Assembly: GCA_000175855.1 (NCBI GenBank)
Contig: ACYB01000042.1
Coordinates: 90,001 to 122,000, forward strand
Direction: 5' to 3'
Source: Raphidiopsis brookii D9
Lineage (GTDB): Bacteria > Cyanobacteriota > Cyanobacteriia > Cyanobacteriales > Nostocaceae
Length of the DNA: 32,000 nt
Made by a program: the position numbers and the translations under genes. Numbering within the stretch: position 1 is the stretch's first letter; each line of letters opens with the position of its first letter. The notes below the pieces were generated by a model. That model ran no database searches. It saw nothing but the letters and a program-made list of their open reading frames with translations, and was not told where the DNA came from. Positions 28,607 through 32,000 of this stretch are shown piece by piece.

Positions 28607-28673
28607 ATACAACCCTAGGGGAGAAAGTTGTGGTATTATTTGCCATTATAAGCCGAATCTATAATAACCAACA

Positions 28674-29942
28674 ATGCTATCAGTTAGAGATGCGGAATCT
28701 ACTATTTTAAATGCCGTAAAACCACTAGATAACCAAAGAGATATAGAATACATAGACTTATTGACCGCAAATGGACGAATTTTAGCCGTTCCCGTGGTTA
28801 GTTCTCGGGGTTTTCCCCATTGGGACCATGCAGTAATGGATGGTTATGCAGTGCGTTATCAGGATGTACAGCATGCTAGGGCAGATAAACCAATTATTCT
28901 GCAAGTTGTAGCGGAAATTAGAACTGGTGAGGAACCTTCTGTAAAGCTTGAATCGGGACAAGCAATGAGAATTTTTACCGGTGCTATGATGCCAAAGGGT
29001 TCTGATACCGTAATCATGCAGGAAAAAACCCACCGTCAGGAAAACCGGGTTTTAGTGTTCATTGCACCCCAACCCCGTGAGTTTGTCATTCATCAAGGGG
29101 AATTTTACCAAGCGGGAAATAATCTTTTACCTTCAGGAATTGTCTTGGGTGCTACGGAAATTGCCCTTTTGGCTGCTGCTGGTAGGGAAAAAGTCAGTGT
29201 TTTTCGCAAAATACGAGTAGCTATTTTTTCCACAGGCAATGAGTTGGTAACATTGGAGGAGTTGCCAAAACCTGGACAGATATTTGATTCTAACCAGTAT
29301 GCTCTGGCTACATTAATGCGTCAGTTGGGAGCTGAAGTGTTATTATTAGGGATCGTACCAGATGATCCGATCGCTCTGGAACAAACCATAGATTACGCAA
29401 TTACCAGTGCAGATATGGTAATTTCCACTGGGGGGGTATCCGTAGGTGACTATGATTATATACACAGAACTTTAGTTTCTTTGGGGGCAACAGTTCATTT
29501 TAATTCTGTTAAAATGCGTCCTGGAAAACCACTAACCTTTGCTACTTTCCCAGATAAAGGACTAAACTATTCAGGAACCGATAAGTTACAGACATTATAT
29601 TTTGGTTTACCGGGGAATCCTGGATCCGCTTTAGTGACTTTTTGGCGGTTTGTACAGCCAGCGGTCAGAAAAATGTCAGGAATGGCTAGGGGGTGGGAGG
29701 GGAAATTACTCAAAGTAAAATCCTCTTCGGAATTACAATCCAATGGCAAAATGGAAACCTATATTCAGGGTGAACTGAAGCTAGTCCATGGTGTACAGGA
29801 GTTCAGCCAAGCTGAGGGTAAACACAGCTCGGCCAACCTGGTCAACTTAGCTCAAGCTAACGCTTTGGCAGTCTTACCCGTGGGTAAAACCATTGTCCAT
29901 CCAGGGGAGGAGGTTTGGACTTTGGTGCTAAAGGAGTTTTAA
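28674..29942 (+). CDS. moeA: Molybdopterin molybdenumtransferase
   Basis: 422 aa with MoeA hallmarks: ..PHWDHAVMDGYAV.., ..IFTGAMMP.GSDTVIMQE.., ..ISTGGVSVGDYDY.., ..MRPGKP.. Confidence 0.9.
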   Translation: MLSVRDAESTILNAVKPLDNQRDIEYIDLLTANGRILAVPVVSSRGFPHWDHAVMDGYAVRYQDVQHARADKPIILQVVAEIRTGEEPSVKLESGQAMRIFTGAMMPKGSDTVIMQEKTHRQENRVLVFIAPQPREFVIHQGEFYQAGNNLLPSGIVLGATEIALLAAAGREKVSVFRKIRVAIFSTGNELVTLEELPKPGQIFDSNQYALATLMRQLGAEVLLLGIVPDDPIALEQTIDYAITSADMVISTGGVSVGDYDYIHRTLVSLGATVHFNSVKMRPGKPLTFATFPDKGLNYSGTDKLQTLYFGLPGNPGSALVTFWRFVQPAVRKMSGMARGWEGKLLKVKSSSELQSNGKMETYIQGELKLVHGVQEFSQAEGKHSSANLVNLAQANALAVLPVGKTIVHPGEEVWTLVLKEF

Positions 29943-29966
29943 AATTGGGGGGATGGCAACCAACAG

Positions 29967-31546
29967 CTAAACCCCTACTTTTTCCTTTTGTGGGACGACA
30001 TAAGGCTTTTCTGTTCCCTGAGCTAAATAAGCAGCTAATTGACCTTCTATTTGATCTCGAACAATTTGACGGTATTCCAAGAAATGTTCGTTGTGGGCGC
30101 AAGTTGCCAAATAATGTTCTGCCACCTGGGGATTATGTTTGATAATACTAAATAGATGATGCCAAAATTTCCAGCGGGTTTCTCTTTTAATTCCCTGTCT
30201 CCAAATAACTATTAACAGGGCTTTTACGATTACCCAATCAGGCATTTTGAAGGGAGCTTTCCACTTGGGTGAACCCATGATTAGAAAACATCTATAGGTA
30301 CGATCTAAATACTTAATGGGATCATATAAGGCGCAGAAAGCTTCAACATATTCCTTGGCTATGTCCTCTAAAGGACGGGTGGGGATAAAGTTCATTAAAG
30401 TTGTCTGATTAATATTCCCATCCTGATTTTCCCTTAGTCTTCCTTCCTTTTGTAACCGATGCCATAATGCAGTATTTGGCAGTGCTTGTAACATGGCAAA
30501 GGTGGTGGAAGGAATGGCAGCTTGCTCTGCAAATCTGACAATGCGATCGCCTGCGCCTTTTTGCTCCCCATCAAAACCAATAATAAATCCTGCCATGGGT
30601 CGCAGTCCGGTCTTAATAATAGTCTCTACTGATTCTGCTAGGGAACTGCGGGTATTTTGAAATTTTTTGGTTAGTTGTAAACTATCTTCATCGGGGGTTT
30701 CAATGCCCAAAAATACTGCGGCAAAACCAGACTCAACCATCAATTCCATTAATTCAGGATCTTGAGCTAGATCTACAGATGCTTCCGTGTCAAACCGGAA
30801 AGGATACTCATGTTCTACCATCCAAACCTTTAACTCTTTAAGCAATAATTTAACATTACGTTTATTGCCAATAAAGTTATCATCAACCATGAATATACCA
30901 CGCCGCCAACCTAACCGATAAAGACAATCCAACTCAGCTAAAAGTTGTTCTGGAGTTTTAGTTCTCGGTTTTCTGCCATAGAGGACAATAATGTCACAAA
31001 ACTCGCATTGAAAAGGACAACCTCGGGAAAACTGCACTGACATCATGTCATAGGCACTAAAGTCTAGCAAATCAAATCGAGGAATTGGTGTGCCTGTGAC
31101 ATCTGGTTTTTCCGTGGCCCGGAAAATGCCGGATTTCTCACCACTTTGTATGGCGGTGACAAACATGGGTAGGGTAATTTCCCCTCATCTAAAATCAGAA
31201 AATCCGCTCCCGCTTCTTGTACTTCATGGGGTGTGGATGTGGGGTAGGGCCCACCTAATGCTACTAATTTACCACGACGTTTTGCTTCACGTACTTGATC
31301 TAACAGGTCTTGTTTTTGGACAATCATAGCTGAGAAAATAACCACATCAGCCCATGCCCATTCCTCTTCTGTAGCAGGACGAATGTTACGGTCTACTAGT
31401 TTAAACTCCCACTCCTGGGGTAAAATAGCAGCCACTGTAATTAAGCCCAAAGGTGGCAGTAGAACTTTTCTATCTACCAGGTCGAGGATTTTTTCATAGG
31501 ACCAGAAGGTTTTGGGAAATATGGGATAAACCAGTAGGACACGCAT
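29967..31546 (-). pseudogene. B12-binding-domain radical SAM protein (DUF4070-type C-terminus), frame broken as written (1-nt shortfall in a homopolymer)
   Basis: N-terminal ORF (MRVLLVYPIFP... B12-binding-like). C-terminal ORF with CPFQCEFC (CxxxCxxC). They join as ..ILDEG/EITLPMFVTAI.. at the C4 run at 31181-31184. Confidence 0.85.
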
Positions 31547-31863
31547 AACATCACCCCTCACGAAACTTATCTTCAGTTACTTAATCTAAATTTGACCACT
31601 AACTTTCAGGGTCAGTGTTTTATCCTTTCTGCTATTCTATATTATATGGCATAATATGGTACTATATTACATGACTAGAACTGAACCTAAACCTCAGTTC
31701 TTATTAATAGTGATAACTAAATTCTAGTTGACCATTCCAAACAGCTAGGTCAAGTCTATTCAAAAAACTTGACGAGGTGTTTACCAATTTTGTTCCCCTC
31801 TATCAAGAGTGCTATCCTCTTTGAACGGAGAAAGTATCAATAAGATCTAAGCCAAAAACAGCT

Positions 31864-32000
31864 ATGAGCGATCAAAGTCCCTACGAAAATCTTGGGGTGT
31901 CAAAAGATGCTAGTTTCGATGAGATTCAAAATGCTCGAAATCGCCTGTTAGAACAGTATGGTAGTGATAATAGGATTCGGGAAATTGTTGAAGCAGCTTA
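31864..32000 (+). CDS. CPP1-like / J-like domain protein, N-terminal part (runs off the right edge)
   Basis: MSDQSPYENLGVSKDASFDEIQNARNRLLEQYGSD... resembles the J-like N-terminus of cyanobacterial CPP1-family proteins. The frame is open to the window end. Confidence 0.55.
   Translation, partial: MSDQSPYENLGVSKDASFDEIQNARNRLLEQYGSDNRIREIVEAA

Noticed and set aside
31667-31691. An 8-bp hairpin AGAACTGA-N9-TCAGTTCT in the radical-SAM / CPP1-like intergenic region
   Set aside because: No gene ends nearby on either strand and there is no U-tract. It lies between divergent genes, where a terminator makes little sense.

Overview
This window looks like core chromosome from an AT-rich cyanobacterium, and the protein sequences look Nostocales-like. 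Three things support that: at least 15 exact copies of the HIP1 octamer GCGATCGC, the gene content (psbD, a PetP-like gene, the C-terminal half of split-intein dnaE, a CPP1-like gene), and the absence of any transposase, integrase, CRISPR array or obvious island boundary. About 29 genes can be supported. They are an ArsA-like fragment, a PetP-like gene, a NifS-type cysteine desulfurase, a two-HKD PLD-family lipoprotein, a monocistronic psbD, a CbiO-like ABC ATPase, a NYN/YacP-like gene, tRNA-Asn(GUU), rsgA, a tusA-like gene, dnaJ, grpE, a pilB-pilT-pilC operon, a saccharopine-dehydrogenase-like gene, a PAS-Crp regulator followed by a TonB-dependent receptor, truB, a SAM methyltransferase, a DUF3352-like gene, an M1 aminopeptidase with HEAT repeats, an amino-acid ABC ATPase, dnaE-C with its C-intein, moeA and a B12/radical-SAM gene. 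I do not see a convincing undescribed multi-gene system. The strongest signal is seven indel sites that break six otherwise well-conserved genes (NYN, dnaJ twice, grpE, pilB, the SDH-like gene, the radical-SAM gene). Six of the seven lie in mononucleotide runs of 4-7 nt. Homopolymer sequencing error explains this better than gene decay, but the sequence alone cannot decide. Other points worth a second look: a Pro where D2 normally has the conserved Arg233; six 10-bp-phased T-tracts between psbD and its divergent neighbour; a canonical EF-hand loop inside the PLD-family lipoprotein; a PAS-Crp regulator with a degenerate nucleotide pocket next to a TonB receptor; grpE and dnaJ adjacent with no dnaK; tRNA-Asn directly abutting the rsgA stop codon; and a 535-bp intergenic region with a Cys-rich small ORF and a perfect 11-bp palindrome. 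All homology calls come from my own reading of the translations. No database search was run.
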